A stretch of DNA of 64,000 nucleotides from Vicugna vicugna (lineage: Eukaryota). The stretch spans positions 1,249,303 through 1,313,302 of the forward strand of contig MU057640.1 in the NCBI GenBank assembly GCA_013265495.1, given 5' to 3'. Positions 25,101-38,998 of this stretch are shown piece by piece. The notes below the pieces were generated by a model. It saw only the letters and a program-made list of their open reading frames with translations, did not search any database and was not told the DNA's origin. Position numbers and translations under genes: made by a program. Each line of letters opens with the position of its first letter. The first letter of the stretch is position 1.

Positions 25101-25610
25101 CTGCAGAATGGGAGAAATTGTTGGCAAATTATATACCTGACAAGGGACTTTTATCCAGAATATAGAAGGAGCTCTTACAACGCAATTGCAAATGAATAAT
25201 AACTTAATGTGGGCAGAGAATATGAATAGACACTTCTCCATACAATGGAATGGTATTTGGTAATAGCATACATGAGCCTTGAAAACACTGTGCTAAATAT
25301 ATGAAGCCAGTCACAAAAGACCTCATACTGTGTGATTCCATTTATATGAAATGTCCAGAGTAGGCATACCCTTAGAGACAGAAAGCAGATTAGTCTTATC
25401 TAGGGATGGAGGTACTATTGCAAGGTATGCGGAACAGCTGCTAATGGGTATGGGTGTCTTTGGGGACTGATAAAAATGTTCTAAAATTGATTGTGATGAT
25501 GGTTACACAATTCTATGATTACGCTAAAAAAATCACTGAACTGTATACTTTAAATGGAGGAAGTATATTGCATCAAATTATAGATCAGTAAAGCTATTAT
25601 TTAAAAAAAG
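22120..25610 (+). mobile_element. Composite of old L1 pieces (L1MC/L1MB-like 3'UTRs and ORF2 fragments)
   Basis: ORF 23260-23457 is the L1 ORF2 C-terminus (MFMAILFIIAKTWK..TMEYYSALKRNEL); further ORF2 relics at 23700-25240; two 3'UTR ends at ~23660 and ~25610. Confidence 0.85.
24110..24395 (-). mobile_element. Young camelid-type L1 3' end nested in an older L1
   Basis: T-tract then ..tgtgtcaatttctggtgtacagcaca; TSD caaaacttatactctt 24094-24109 / caagacttatactctt 24396-24411. Confidence 0.9.
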
Positions 25611-26146
25611 GTTCACAGTCCTCAGCTGGCAACCACCTTCCAGTCTGTAAGAATTTTGAGAGATGGAGAAAGTTGCTGGAGACTGAAGAGAGGATCAGAG
25701 GAATTTCCTCCATGGGGGTAAAGTGGAGCTGACTTTTCCTTCACTTCAAGATGAGTCAGAGGGGCTTCAAGGTGGCCACTTTAGAAATTTGATATGACTC
25801 CCTGGAGCATACGGTCACAGAGTAACACCTGAAAAATCTAAAAGGCAAGTGGTGGTGGCAGCAAGAAAGGGCTATGCCTGGGATGTGACTGCACTCCACC
25901 AACAGTGCATCCAAGGCACCTACTTTGTAGAAAAGGATGTGGGCAGCAGGCAGCCAATCAAACGCTGCTTAGACCCTGCCTGAGAGCAGCAGATATGAGT
26001 GGAAGTGTCCTGTGGGACGGCCAAAGGTGGAGAGAGGAATCATGAGTGTCTAGAGACAGGGTATACACACCTGCAGCATGGGAGCCACACAGGTGACAGT
26101 CACCTTCAAACACCTGCCTAGCCCACCTTCAAACACGGTGTCAGCC

Positions 26147-26830
26147 CCAGCTGGGATTTAGGACAATGGGAGCAAGGCACTTCGGGTAGGCACAAAGTGT
26201 AAGGGACATCAAAAAACTCAGTAATCAAGATAAATAATATTTGATATAATATTTTTAAAAATCAAAATTATTGGTAAAACATCCATGATGGACAAAAGTA
26301 TTAATATTTTAAATAAAGGCAGGGTTGGTAAATAGTGCTGCAGCAAGGCATATTACAGCCCGAGGTGAAAAGAAAGACCTGTGTCCTTTAGATACATTTT
26401 TAATGTATCTTTTTCATAGTTAATTTTTTCCTAGAACATTAACGTAGTTGAAAAATTGAGACGTGTTTTGAAACCACATTATTTTAAATATTTTATTTAT
26501 ACCCCAAACAGATTTGCTCTGATTTTAATTTCCTGGCTTTAGTGGATGCAAACTCATCAATAATATTTTCAAAAATCAACTTTTTTACTTATCTCATTTT
26601 CATTTGAGAGAATTGCTGTCTTTGACAATTTCTTTTGTGTAAGTGACGTTTTGAAAGAATGTTTAAATTAATTTCAGCTTATCTGGTCTTCATTTAAAAT
26701 GTAGACATTTTGTTCGTTAAGGGTTTTTGCATTCATTTGAGGGTTTTTTTTAATGTGAAATTAAAATATTATTTATCTTGATTGCTAATTTGGGAAGCCA
26801 CTTCGATTTTTACGGCTTAATCCCAGCCCT
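26147..26830. mobile_element. MER96B-like hAT DNA transposon
   Basis: Long subterminal inverted repeats agtaatcaagataaataatattt / aaatattatttatcttgattgct; ends cagctgggatt / aatcccagccct. Confidence 0.7.
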
Positions 26831-27233
26831 CGTGACAGCTCGGTCTGTACCTATAAGGTAAGACCTCTCCTGGCATCTTACCTCTCCTCCCTCTCCCCTG
26901 CTTTCTGGAATGATTAGGAACCCTGGTCAGCACTTTGAGAAAGGAGGATGGAGCATTGGTCTATGTGCTAGGTTGGGAAATCCTGAAGAATCCCATCAGG
27001 TCTCCTTTTCTGGGGTAGGACCTGAATTAAAGGAGGAAAGAATTTTAACTCTAAATGTCCTTGGAGTTTTCACTATTTCATGGAACCAAATATCCTTCTT
27101 ACTGAGATGAGATTAATTTTGTGACTTCAGGTGACCAGGAGACTTTTCCTTCTCTGAAGGGGACCAGGAAAGTCTGAGCCCTGCCCTGGATCTCACTGGG
27201 GAGTCGGGAAAAGGAGATGCACTGAGCGGATCT

Positions 27234-27285
27234 GACCAGGACGCAGGGGTCGGGGGACCAGGATGCAGGGGTCGGGGCACCAGGA
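27234..27285 (+). repeat. 22-bp tandem duplication with four G-tracts
   Basis: gaccaggacgcaggggtcgggg / gaccaggatgcaggggtcgggg / caccagga. Confidence 0.85.
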
Positions 27286-29889
27286 AGATTCTTTGAGGCT
27301 GCACCTTTGAAGTCAATTTTTGTGTTCATTGCGTGGGTTATGGGAGGTTATCATTCTGTAAAGAAGTCTCATATATGAAAGAGAGGCTGTGGTCAGGGTG
27401 ACTCCCTCGCACTTTTATGTTTTCATACTTCTCTGGACCCTGAATTTCAATAGATCAGAATCACTGTCTGAAAGACGTGCCTCTTTTCCAGCACTCTTTG
27501 CACCGCTGTAGGAAAACACTCACTTTTCTCTCTCCTTTGAAATGAATGCTCCGTGATGCTATTTCTGCTCATATGGAAGTTTGAAATATTCATCTCTTCT
27601 CTCGACCTTTTAATCAAAAACTAAAAGTAGGACCTATTCTAAACAGAAAATATCTTTTTAATAGAATGAATTTTAACATCAAGAAATCCCTTCAACTACC
27701 CTCTTCACCCGCCTCCCCAATTACAGTGTTTCCTTTTCAATCTCATTCAACGTAATCTTAGTTTTAATATCTTCCCCTTTCAACTCTACTCCCCAGTAAT
27801 TTCCTAAGGGAGTGCCGAGTCTTCCGTGTTACATATCTCTATTAGCTTTTAAGTCTCTCATGGCCATGAATACATCTAGTGCAACAACCCAATTATTTCA
27901 AGGGAGATTGGAAAGGGAAAAGGTGCCAGTGAAGACAATTATGTCTGTGAGAAGTGGACTTAGTGCGACTGGCTTGAAAGCTTCATGAGAAGGGAGGGCG
28001 CAATCTGAAATCTTAGGGAGTGTAAGAAATAAGAACCAAAGAGAAGACTGCTAAAGTTTGCAAAGTTCACCCACCTTCCATGCCGTGAGTGTTTCCATGG
28101 GTTACAGCATGTCAACAGTCATTCCTGGCAGGGAGCCACGTACAGGATCTCTTCCCAAGCACAGCTGCCCCAGGAGTTGCCTACTCACAAGCCAACAGGA
28201 ACCTTAGAGGCCAAGTCAACACAACATGCTGTCTGAGTCTAGGAAAACTCTGCATGTTAAAAACATGGGATCAGCTTTTATTTCTGCATAGAAGTATGCC
28301 ATCTTTTATTTCTTGAAACATGCAACTCTCTTGGTCCTTTCTTTTTCCATTTTTGATAGAATTATGCTGCTGCTTCTTAATGCTGCTATAAGAAACATAT
28401 GAGGGTGAGTGTGGTCATAAACAGCAACAGAAATTCACTGCCAGGTAGAAATAAGGGGTCATGGGGGCTGCGAAGGGCTGGACAGTACAAGCCTCATATA
28501 GTGGGGACAGAATTGTCATCATGTGGGAGCACTGGTGATGTCCCCAGGTATTCCTACTGTCAAGAAATCCAGAGATTTACGTGCCACCTTCTCACTCCTA
28601 AATGTTTTAAGTTTTTTGTTTGTTTTGTTTTGTTTTGTTTTTTAACATCACATGGGCCGATACTGATGGATGAAATTAATCCCATCCACAGGCTGGATTT
28701 TACCAGAGTAGGAGAACTTTGCAACATGTGCTGCCCACACACAGAAATTTTGGTGAACTCGGATAAATATTTTTGTAAATAAACAAAAACTAAAAGAACT
28801 GTGTAAGTTGTTTAATTTGAAAGATGTGCACATATATATGCACATACATATAGACGCCTATCATATATTCAGAAAATAAATTCAGGTAAATCCAGTGATG
28901 TGCTGGAGAATCACCAAGCCTTATTTAACCATCCGTCTCTGGCTGCCCTGTACCTGGGCCTGTGCTCATGAGAAAAGCAGCTCAGCTGCGAATCGACACC
29001 TGTGATTCGAGGTGAGTTTTGATTTGAAATCATTGCTTGCTTTCTCTGTTTACAGCATCTTAATATACAGAGTAGATTGCTCCTTACCAGAAGCCACTTG
29101 GGCTTCCTGTAATATCTGAGTTTCTGCTTCTCTGAAATGTGTCTCCCAATGAGTTTTGGGGTTCCCAGGACCCTCTAAAGTAAAATTTGGGCATATCACG
29201 TAACTTTTTATTTTATTTTGTTTTAAAACCACCTAAACAAACCCACGAAATTTTATATTTACATGTAGTATTAAGAGACATCTGAAATCTGATTATCTTA
29301 AAAAGCTTTTTATTAGAATCACTTTCATATAAGAATACTGCTACCATAGGCTGGCTGTATCCAGTTGGGGGACCAGCTCCCTGGGGAGAATTGGGCCCTG
29401 CCTCAGAGATCTATAAGGCAATGAGCATTTGGTGGGTATTTTTCCTGGAAGCGAGGGAAGAGAAGGCTGCAGCCACTCCCAGATCCTGCCCAGAGGCTGA
29501 CCACCACATTACAGGAGAAGGCTGTGTGATAGAAAGACCTCTGGGGTGTCATTGGATTAAATGACCACAGAACCAGATAAAGCTCTGAGATACCTGGGTG
29601 AGCAGAAACAGGGAGAAAGGGGAAAGCTTCAGAACACAGTAAGGCCATAAACGGATCAGCAGAATCCAGTCAAGTTGCAAAACATTCTTTTCTATTGCTC
29701 AGGGCCCAAGTGACAGTGGGGTTTCTCCGAGAGGCTTGTAGCCGGGCCAGGAGAAATGCTCCCGCTCTCCCCGACCAATCTGAGTGTTTCTACCACTCAG
29801 TCCACCTGGAGTCTACCCTGAAGGTGATGCAGGGGTGACAGCATGTGATCTGATCTCATATCTTCTCCTCTTTCTCCTCCTCCTCCTTT

Positions 29890-30116
29890 CTTTTTAAACA
29901 ATCTTAACCATTTTTAAGTGTATAGTTCTGTCACTATGAATTTGACTGCTGTATGTAACCTGGATAAGTGAAAGTATACAGTATTCATCGTTCTGTGACT
30001 GGCTTATTTCACTTGGCATGCTATCTTCAAGGTTCCTCTGTGCTGTACCGTGTGACTTGATTTCCTTCCTTTTTAAGACTGGATAATATTCCTTATATAT
30101 ATAGACCACATTTTGT
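29890..30116 (-). mobile_element. L1 (L1MB-like) 3' fragment
   Basis: ttaaccatttttaagtgtatagttc..gactggcttatttcacttggcatg; ORF 29894-30109 resembles the ORF2 tail. Confidence 0.8.
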
Positions 30117-30227
30117 CTAGCTTGCAGAGTAGAAAGGGAATGAAAATATAAGTCGAAAGAGAGAACCAGAGAACCTGGACTGCAAGGCCACTAGACTGGT
30201 GCAACAATTTTAGAAGGGTTCAAAATG

Positions 30228-30388
30228 ATTCAATATCTTCTAATAACCTTTAATGAAAAAGAATACAAAAGTGAATGTATGTGTGTATATGCATGACTGA
30301 GACATTGTGCTGTACACCAGAAATTGACACATTATAACTGACTGTACTTCAGTTTTTAAAAGAGTTGGGGAGTAGGGAAATAAAATAA
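30228..30388 (+). mobile_element. Short young camelid-type L1 3' end
   Basis: gcatgactgagacattgtgctgtacaccagaaattgacac; 14-bp TSD aagggttcaaaatg at 30214-30227 / 30389-30402. Confidence 0.85.
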
Positions 30389-30777
30389 AAGGGTTCAAAA
30401 TGTACTGCATATCCAGAGATGACTCCCCTGCATCCCTGCCGCCCTAGAATGCTTGTCACAGCCAAATCCCTCATGGCCCTTCATTGGCAACTTCAGCCTA
30501 TTGAAATGATAACCTCAACCTGGGGATGGAATAATGGCTTCCTTTACCCCTGGGGAAGATTTAGATGTAAGGAAATGGTTAAGTACATCAATTCCATAGA
30601 ATTAATAGTTTGAAGTTTAAGAATAGAATTTGTGAACATTGGGACAATCTGTGTAGATTTGATGCTTAAAGTGTCTAAAATGTTGAAGAGAATTTGGAAT
30701 GTCAGGAAATGAAACCCTGCCTTGTGATTCCAATTTGAAAAGTAAGGTGGAGTAGTTAATTTCAAATTGTGATTTTT

Positions 30778-31706
30778 GTTTTACATTTTTTTATTGATTC
30801 ATAATCATTTTACAGTGTTGTGTCAAATTCCAGTGTTCAGCACAATTTTTCAGTCATTTATGGACATATACACACTCATTGTCACATTGTTTTCTCTGTG
30901 ATTTATCATAACATTTTGTGTATATTTCCCTGTGCTATACAGTGTAATCTTGTTTATCTATTCTACAATTTTGAAATCCCAGTCTATCCCTTCCCACCCT
31001 CTACCCCCCTGGTAACCACAAGTCTGTATTCTCTGTCCATGAGTCTATTTCTGTCCTGTATTTATGCTTTGTTTTTGTTTGTTTGTTTTTGTTTTTGTTT
31101 TTTAGATTCCACATATGAGCGATCTCATATGGTATTTTTCTTTCTCTTTCTGGCTTACTTCACTTAGAATGACATTCTCTAGGAGCATCCATGTTGCTGC
31201 AAATGGCATTATGTTGTTGGTTTTTATGGCTGAGTAGTATTCCATTGTATAAATATACCACCTCTTCTTTATCCAGTCACCTGTTGATGGACATTTAGGC
31301 TGTTTCCATGTTTTGGCTATTGTAAATAGTGCTGCTATGAACATTGGGGTGCAGGTGTCATCCTGAAGTAGATTTCCTTCTGGATACAAGCCCAGGAGTG
31401 GGATTCCTGGGTCATATGGTAAGTCTATTCCTAGTCTTTTGAGGAATCTCCACACTGTTTTCCATAGTGGCTGCACCAAACTGCATTCCCACCAGCAGTG
31501 TAGGAGGGTTCCCCTTTCTCCACAGCCTCTCCAGCATTTGTCATTTGTGGATTTTTGAATGACGGCCATTCTGACTGGTGTGAGGTGATACCTCATTGTA
31601 GTTTTGATTTGCATTTCTCTGATAATTAGTGATATTGAGCATTTTTTCATGTGCCTTTTGATCATTTGTATGTCTTCCTTGGAGAATTGCTTGTTTAGGT
31701 CTTCTG
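30778..31706 (-). mobile_element. Young 5'-truncated L1 with open ORF2 C-terminal (Cys-rich) segment
   Basis: ORF 31102-31665 (187 aa; [27 protein letters not shown]); TSD caaattgtgattttt 30763-30777 / cagattgtgattttt 31707-31721. Confidence 0.95.
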
Positions 31707-32079
31707 CAGATTGTGATTTTTAAATACATAGGTATTAAGAGAATTTTTTTACAACTTTACTGGAGTATTTAAGATCGATAGTCACTGATAATTTTACTAG
31801 ATTTATTAGCTATGTTAGTGTTGTGTAGGTATTTAGGAAAGTTGTTTATAGTTCAGACATTTAAAAATGAAAATGGAACATATTACCTTTGTAATAATGT
31901 TTAATAGATTTAAAAGAATTTTATTAACTGGGTTAAATAGGGCTATTTGATAAACAAAAATATAAAACATAAATTAATGTAAAAGTATAGTGAAAAATTA
32001 GGTTTTTGAATTTGTAACATTGCTAAGTCAACTATTTATTTTAAATCCCCTAAATAGCTCTAAATAATCCTCAGGGAGG

Positions 32080-32265
32080 CAGAAACATTGCTCTGGATGT
32101 GCAGGAGCTTCAGGAAGGCTTCATTCTAATGTTCCTTCATCATTGGCTGTGTGACCTTGGGTAAGTCACTCTGTCTCTCTGGTCCTTAAATGTTTCCTCA
32201 TTTATAAAATAAGGGAGATGGCCTAGCTGGCCCTTAAAGCCCCTTCCAGATCGAATATTCTAGAA
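32080..32265 (+). mobile_element. MIR3/MIR SINE
   Basis: ggctgtgtgaccttgggtaagtcact..tttcctcatttataaaat..cccttccag..aatattcta. Confidence 0.8.
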
Positions 32266-33014
32266 TTCCGGGACTACTTGTTCCATTTGCAATCTGTTGA
32301 CAAGCCAAGGATTTGACGGGTTGCTCAGGAAGGCGGCCACACCTTGACAACAGTCATGTTGGGCTGTTCTCCAAGGACTCTTTTAGTTTATGGCTTTTGA
32401 TAGCATCCTACTGACTTATTTATTTTTAAAACTTAGGGAAATGTTTCCTTCCTCAAACCCAGTGAGGACAATAGGACAAACCATAAACAAGGAAAGCCTC
32501 GTGATCTACAAAACACTCTGACTCTTCTTAGCCATGTCTTGACACAGACTTTTTAGATCCTAGTTGTTTATTCTGCCTTGTCCACAGAACGTCAAAAAAC
32601 CTGTCAATTCCATTCCTAGATTGGTCAGATCAAAGAAGTTGAACAAATCCAACAGTTTTACAAGACTCTGATTACCTTATAGGTGAAGCAACCAGTTGCT
32701 TGTCTTTTTGGCCAGTTATTAGCTGAGCCAGCTCTTCCAATGGGTAGGATTGACCATGGGCAAAATTATGATGCTGGAGAGATTGTTCCCGTATGCAAAT
32801 GGCATCTCCTACTTCCTCGGGGGTTTCTCTTCAGTCCCTCCTGGAATTCTCTTTCCCCTCCACCAGTCCCTTCACTGTGTTGCAGTCTCACTGTATTTGT
32901 TCTGGGCCACTTCTCAGCACATCACATATGAACTCTGTGAACAACTGAAGAGTTCATGCACCCCCTAACTCCATGGTCTGTTATGTCAGTGTCCCGCCCC
33001 AGGATGTGCAGTGA

Positions 33015-33660
33015 CCCTCTGTGTAACTTTGGACAGGTTATTGACTTCTCGGAGTGTCATCTGTAAAAAAAAAAGGTACAATACTACCTACTTTGTATAA
33101 TAGCTTTGAAGATTTAATTAACACATGCAAAATGCTCAGCATGGAGCCTAGCACAAAGTAAGCACCCAGAAAATGGTATCTCTTTTAAATGATTATTAAG
33201 GACCCTTGAATTGGGAAGGCCTTCAACACATGGGTGGAATTCTCATCAGAAAAGCCAGCCCACCTCCCACCCACCAAGTCCAGTCCCAGGACAGCATTAT
33301 GGGAGAAAGAGCTGAGTCATCAGTCCCTAGGGCGACACTGAGGTTGGCAGATGGGGGCTCGTGGTGCCTCTCTGGATAGTGGAGGTGGGGTCAGTAGATT
33401 TTGATTAGCCACAATTTCTTAACCATAAAATAGAAATAATTATAATACTGGCTTTAGAGTTGGCCTGAAGACTGAATGAGATAATTACATAAAATGTCTC
33501 CCACAGAGCCTGGTGCGTTGGAAGATCTTGATAAATGTTGTCAATGTTTAGAATGTGAGGTCGTTGAGTTCTCTCTTGTTTGCTAATGCAACCTGACGCC
33601 CAGCTCAGTGTCCGGTTCAGGGCACGAGCTCGATAACACTGGCTGAATGAAGGAAGGCTA
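33015..33660 (+). mobile_element. Cluster of MIR fragments and an L2 tail
   Basis: tgtgtaactttggacaggttattgacttctc..catctgtaaaa; gaagactgaatgagataat..cacagagcctgg; ..ggctgaatgaagga. Confidence 0.65.
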
Positions 33661-34094
33661 TTAATATTGTCATTGTTTCCTTTGGAAAATTAAACAAGAA
33701 AAATCAATTCCTAATGGATAAGATTGTGTATCCACTTGGACAAAGTGCCCCTGAATCCTTAGGTCCAAGCAGGGGATTGGTAAAATCTAACCGGGGAGTG
33801 AGACTGCCATCCAAGAAAATATACCAAAAGGTAGAGTCTTAGCTGGCAAACACCAGAGTGTACAGAAAGTGTTGCTCGTTGGGGGGAAGGGTGGGGGATG
33901 GTTTTAATGAAACCTTTGACGCCAAGGCAGATGTGACTGTGTATCTGGACCAGAGGAGATTCCAACCCTTCCCAGTAGGTGCAGAACAGAGACAGATACA
34001 TCGAGCTTTTACAGTTTGATGACGCTGAACACTGAGCTCCACCAACTAACTCCCTTGTCCTGAAGTCAGCTCTCAAAGCAGCCTTCTGGTTATA

Positions 34095-34415
34095 ATATAA
34101 GGAGCAGTTGCAAATGAGAAGTGTGTAGGCATGTTTTGCTTGGACAATGGTTTTTAAAACTTTAAAAAATTAATTCTAATATTTATAAATCAGGAAATGT
34201 ATAACTCTGGATCTCAACTTCTAAGAAATCAGAAGTTCTGGACACATCACCCCCTGAACAGCAACAATTGGGTGGAGATCATACAGGCTGCATATTTTAG
34301 AAAGAGAATAGATTCCCCTGGTCAGCATAACTTCCATGCCTCCTTTTCACCTCACAGCTGGTCAGTTCATCTCTTTACCTGCCTGGCCCCATGGGCACTG
34401 AAGTTTCCCATCCAT
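34095..34415. mobile_element. MER102-like hAT-Charlie transposon
   Basis: End ttacctgcctggccccatgggcactgaagttt resembles the MER102 terminus. Confidence 0.55.
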
Positions 34416-37400
34416 GCAGAGTCCACATGCTGACCAGTTGACACAGTATGTCAACGGTTATGTTTCTTGCTGCAAATTAATGAATTGTCACTTGGGCTTT
34501 TGCATCTGCCTCTTATACATTGGGTTACTGTGGGTCAGTCCCTTGGGTCAGCTCCCCTTGGAACAGACACACCAAAATCAAATGTGTGGATTTGCTCAGG
34601 GTGAGTCTCAGATTCCCCAGAGACGTTTTGCCTCAGCTGTCACCAACTATTCTCTGAACATCATTCTTCAGTTTACCAGTTATCTTCACAAATTCCTCAA
34701 AGCCCAGAGAGCAAAGCGCCAGACCAGGCTCATCGTTTACCAGCTGAGTTGCAAATAAGACACTGACCAAATTCATCTGTGAACCTACTACAGACGCCAG
34801 AAGAAACTCTGTTTGTTTACGACTGCCCTTGAAGGACGCAGCCTTAGATGTCACCTAATTGTCTTGTGCATAACAAAAGCAGATGGTAAATTGCTCTTGA
34901 CAGACTCATTTCTTCTTGGTTCCTTTGCCACCTCTTTGTGGCTTCCTTCATTAGCTCTTCTTTCCTCTCAGACAAAGCCCATGACCTTGGAGGCTTTTAT
35001 ACGTCCTTTCTGAATCTGTTATCACCCTTATAATGAAAGGAAGGTGTCTTTCTGCTACCCCGGCTCTAGAGCCAGAGACCACATAGGCCCTCTCAGCTTG
35101 CAGCCTCTCCTCGGTTTCATCTCAGCAGGAAAAGGGTCTTTGCAATGGTTCACTTTTCTTCCCCCCTCTCCTCACATCAGAGCAAAAGCAAACAATAATT
35201 TAAAGAGCATCTTTTCATAATCAGAAAAACCTTCAGCTTTCAACACAACCGGAAAGGAAGCCATTTGTTGCTGCCTGGGATGAGCTGTCAGCATGCGCTT
35301 GGCATTACCTCCCCCCGGGGGTGATGGATGTGCACTGAGCCAGCTGTACTTCTCAGTCAGTCCTCGTGACCAACGCAAGTCACATAAGGAGAACAATTTG
35401 TGGTCAGACATTAACGCTAACAGGTTGAAGTATGAACACAACCCTTGGCTTCATTCCTGTTGCTCCAAACACTGCAGTAACCAGCCCAGATATCCACAGA
35501 CCGCAAAATACCTCCGTCACTTGTCTTTTTTTTTTTTTTTACAGTAAGGAAATAGGAATTGAAAATACATACTCCAAAAAGGTATGGAAAATAACCCAGT
35601 ATTGTATTCTACACACAGGAGGCTGGATGTTTGCAGTGGCTAGTGCTATGTAAGTGGATTCTTCTAGAAGTATCAAGGTTGATTATCCACCCAAGGTATG
35701 GTCCATAAATCCACTTACCACCCATCCTTCCCCTAGAAAACCCTAAGACTAAAAGGGAGTTGAAGAAAGCAGCTCTTAACAGCCTCCGAGGACAGTTACA
35801 ATTTTGTCCCTAGACCACTTACATTTCTAAGGCTTACTGACTGAGTTTCCAACATTTATGGAGTCTTTATTCCTCAGATATGCTTGGAACATCGCCATCA
35901 CCTTATTTGCCCCAAAGGCTCAGGACCAAGTCAAGGGTTTGGAGTTAAAGGGAAGTTGGAATTTTCTCCAAGCCTGTGTGACCTTAAGATCCACAAAGAA
36001 GTTAAATGTTTGCCTTCCTGAAAGGTAAGAGTTTAAATGTCTTAGACTTCTGAAAATCAGATGTTCCTTCCTATCCTTTGGTAAGTGAAATAACTCCATA
36101 GCTTTAGAAAACTTGAAAGGGAGGAAAAATATATACCCCTTCTCTTCAGTGTGTCAGCACAAAGGTTTAATTAAGATTTCTAAAAACTTTACCTTTCAGG
36201 CTGAAAGTGAGTCTGATCGGAGTATCCAAAACAATAAAGAGTCTGGGCAGAGCAACTCAGAACTGACCACCATTTCCCGGGTGAGACAAGGGGGCATTCC
36301 TTAAAGCTGGAAAGAGCTGGCTCAGTACTGAAACAAGATTTAAACTAGAAATGGAGTAGGTGCTGGAAACAATGAAAACAAATGAATAGCTGAAATAATA
36401 ATGAGGCAAACTAACAAGCAACTGAACAGATAAACTTGTGGAATTCCTGATCCCAGGAGGAGAAGTGGGCTAAAAACCGTAAATCCCCAAAGGGTTTTAA
36501 CTTCTGTCCCCCACACTCAGACTCCTGCATAGCTGAGCAGCCTTTGGCATCTTACCATTCCCATTTCTGTTGCTAACTCTGACTCCACCCCTTTGTCTCC
36601 TGCACAAGGAAACGTACTTCTGAGCTGCCTGCCCTCCCCTCTGTGAGCCAATGGGTTGTCAGGGCTGGCCAGCATCCAGCCCTCTGTGTCCTGCCACCAT
36701 CCCAGCCTTACCTGCCTCCACCAACACATTTGTGAGGCCAAGAGAGCACCAGATGGACAGCAAGACACACGTCCTCTCTCCTCCTAGATTCATAGCCATC
36801 AAACGGTGTTTCCCCTAGACTCAGCCCCCAGACAGGAGGGGCAGGGCAAGAGCACAGGGCCACATGCCAGCACCTTGACTCGCATCTTCCTCCCCAACTC
36901 TCACCCTTGACCAAGCTTAGGACAGGAGGACCGCCTGTTACAGCATCAGGCTTCCTTCCCGAGCCTTTGTGTATGGGTACCCAAATAGTACCTATTTGGC
37001 TTTGGTACTCAGAAGTTGAGTTTGCTCCCAACTGGAAATGTAGAAGTCCATTTGGAGATCCAAAACCCAAGAAATGTGTAGGTTTTTACTTGCCATTTGC
37101 CCTTCACTGTGACAACTCTGCCCTAAGAACAAAACCTGACTGATGCTAGCTGGAGGGTAGAAACCAAGGGGAGTTATGGGAATGAAAACCATCACCCCAC
37201 TGCACTTGCTTATCCAAGGAGTTTCTAGAAACCCAAGAATACAGCTACACCACTCTTTCATAAAAGGCTTCTCCACCCACTATTTTACCGCAGCTGAGAT
37301 GCTTCTCCCTACTGCCAGCGTTTGCTCTGCCTCCGTTCCTGCATCTCTCTCCAAGGTACCCAGTAGAGTACATCTTCACTGTGCTCTGACTGCTGTGTTC

Positions 37401-38998
37401 AAAGCTGGCCCCACACATGCGATCTGTCCCTCCTCAGCTGCTGTTCCCAGGCTGTGTGCTAGACCCCTCATACGTCCTGCTTCTCTGCCTCTTCTCCTTG
37501 GTCCCTTATACCTGAGCTGCAGCCCAGAGGTTGTCTCCAGAGAGATGACAGGTTGTTGGTATGTCCACCTTGTCTTGGACACAGCCCTGGTGAACTCCTT
37601 TGATTTCCACCTTCTCCATCTTCTCTGCTTACCACAGAACCTCCTCCCTGACAGCTCCCTTTGGAAGAACTTCACACTCCAGCTTCCTGCCCAGGGTAAC
37701 ATCTGACTTTCCCTTCCTTCCTGGGATGAGGGTCAGGAGGCTTAGGATGTGAACAGGAAGAAATCCAAAGGTTTGGCTTCAAGGCTGTTATGTGGCCCCC
37801 AAACTTACCTTTGGTAGAAAGAGAGCCCGGGTCTTTAGCAGAGGTTAGTCCTTTCAGTGCTGCCGTTTGTTTTCAGGGCTCAGCTTAAAGATGTGACTGT
37901 GAGCAATAAGAGTTATAGTGTTTGTTGCTGGTTTATCAAGAACCCTTTATGGCCTGTTTATATTGTGATTAATTGGCTTTACATTATTTTTCTCTGAAAT
38001 AAGATTTGAGTACACAGAGGTGAATGCAGATAAACGCTGTTAATTATATTACCTAATGTCCAACTCCAGAGGCTCAAGACATCACATAATATTACTTGTA
38101 ATGAAAGATATTATTTTCAGTGTCATATGAGTTGGAGGAATCATTTTTATTCATTTATCTCATGACTTTTTTTTCATCCATATGAAATGTAAGAGCTGTT
38201 GGCCAGTTCAGACAACAATTTTCCTACTTTAGAGGCCACCTGAAATGGAGATGACTTAGCAAGATAATTACCTCTCAAGATTCTCTTCAAAGAGGTTTTA
38301 ATTAGAGTTCTCCATGCCTCAGGTTATGAGCTGGTTTGGTTTGGTTTGGTTTGATTCTTGTATCTAAATAATTGATATCAACCTACTCCCTCTTGTCCCC
38401 CAGGAGAGTCATTCCCAACAGGCAAAAGGGAAGTCGGCTCCAAGGACAGATGCGGGCTTTCCAGTCTTGTGTGATGATTAACCCTCTGAATGTAGGGGTG
38501 TTGTAACTGTATCTGTCTTCAGGGGCAGGTAAGCACGAACCCACATAAACAGGAAGCGGGTGTGTGTGTCTGTAAGATGTGTTTCAAATAAGCCACAGGT
38601 GAGAAGTTTACTGATAGCGGATTAAGCAGTGCAGGGAAGTACAAGTGTCATCACTGTGGAGCTGATGGGACCCAAGGCTGGACCAAGGCCAGATTCTTCC
38701 CGGTGACTGCCAGGGATGGCAAGGGTTAGTTACTCGGCAGGGGGGACTTGGAATTAACCCCAAGGTGGATCTGGCCTCAGATTAGGAGTGCAAGGAAATG
38801 ACAGTTTGAGTCCAGATTTGGGGAGAAGCAGCGGAGAGAGAAACCAGTCCCAGATGTGAGGAGCTTGGAGGGGGGGAAGGGCAATTTCCAAACTGAATTC
38901 CAGGAGGGAGGGGAGCCAGAAAGAACTTTGTTCTTGTCTCGAACAGAGGTTATCAAGAAGGAAGCGTAGCTGGTCAAGCTTCAGAAGTGAGGTGAGTT

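Noticed and set aside
32781..32800. SOX-OCT composite (ATTGTT-N5-ATGCAAAT)
   Set aside because: The spacing matches neither the canonical 0-bp nor the 3-bp composite; isolated octamers are expected by chance
36560..37720. 176-aa ORF at 37176-37706 and a possible ancient LTR in this region
   Set aside because: No protein similarity; I could not define termini, a TSD or a family for an LTR call
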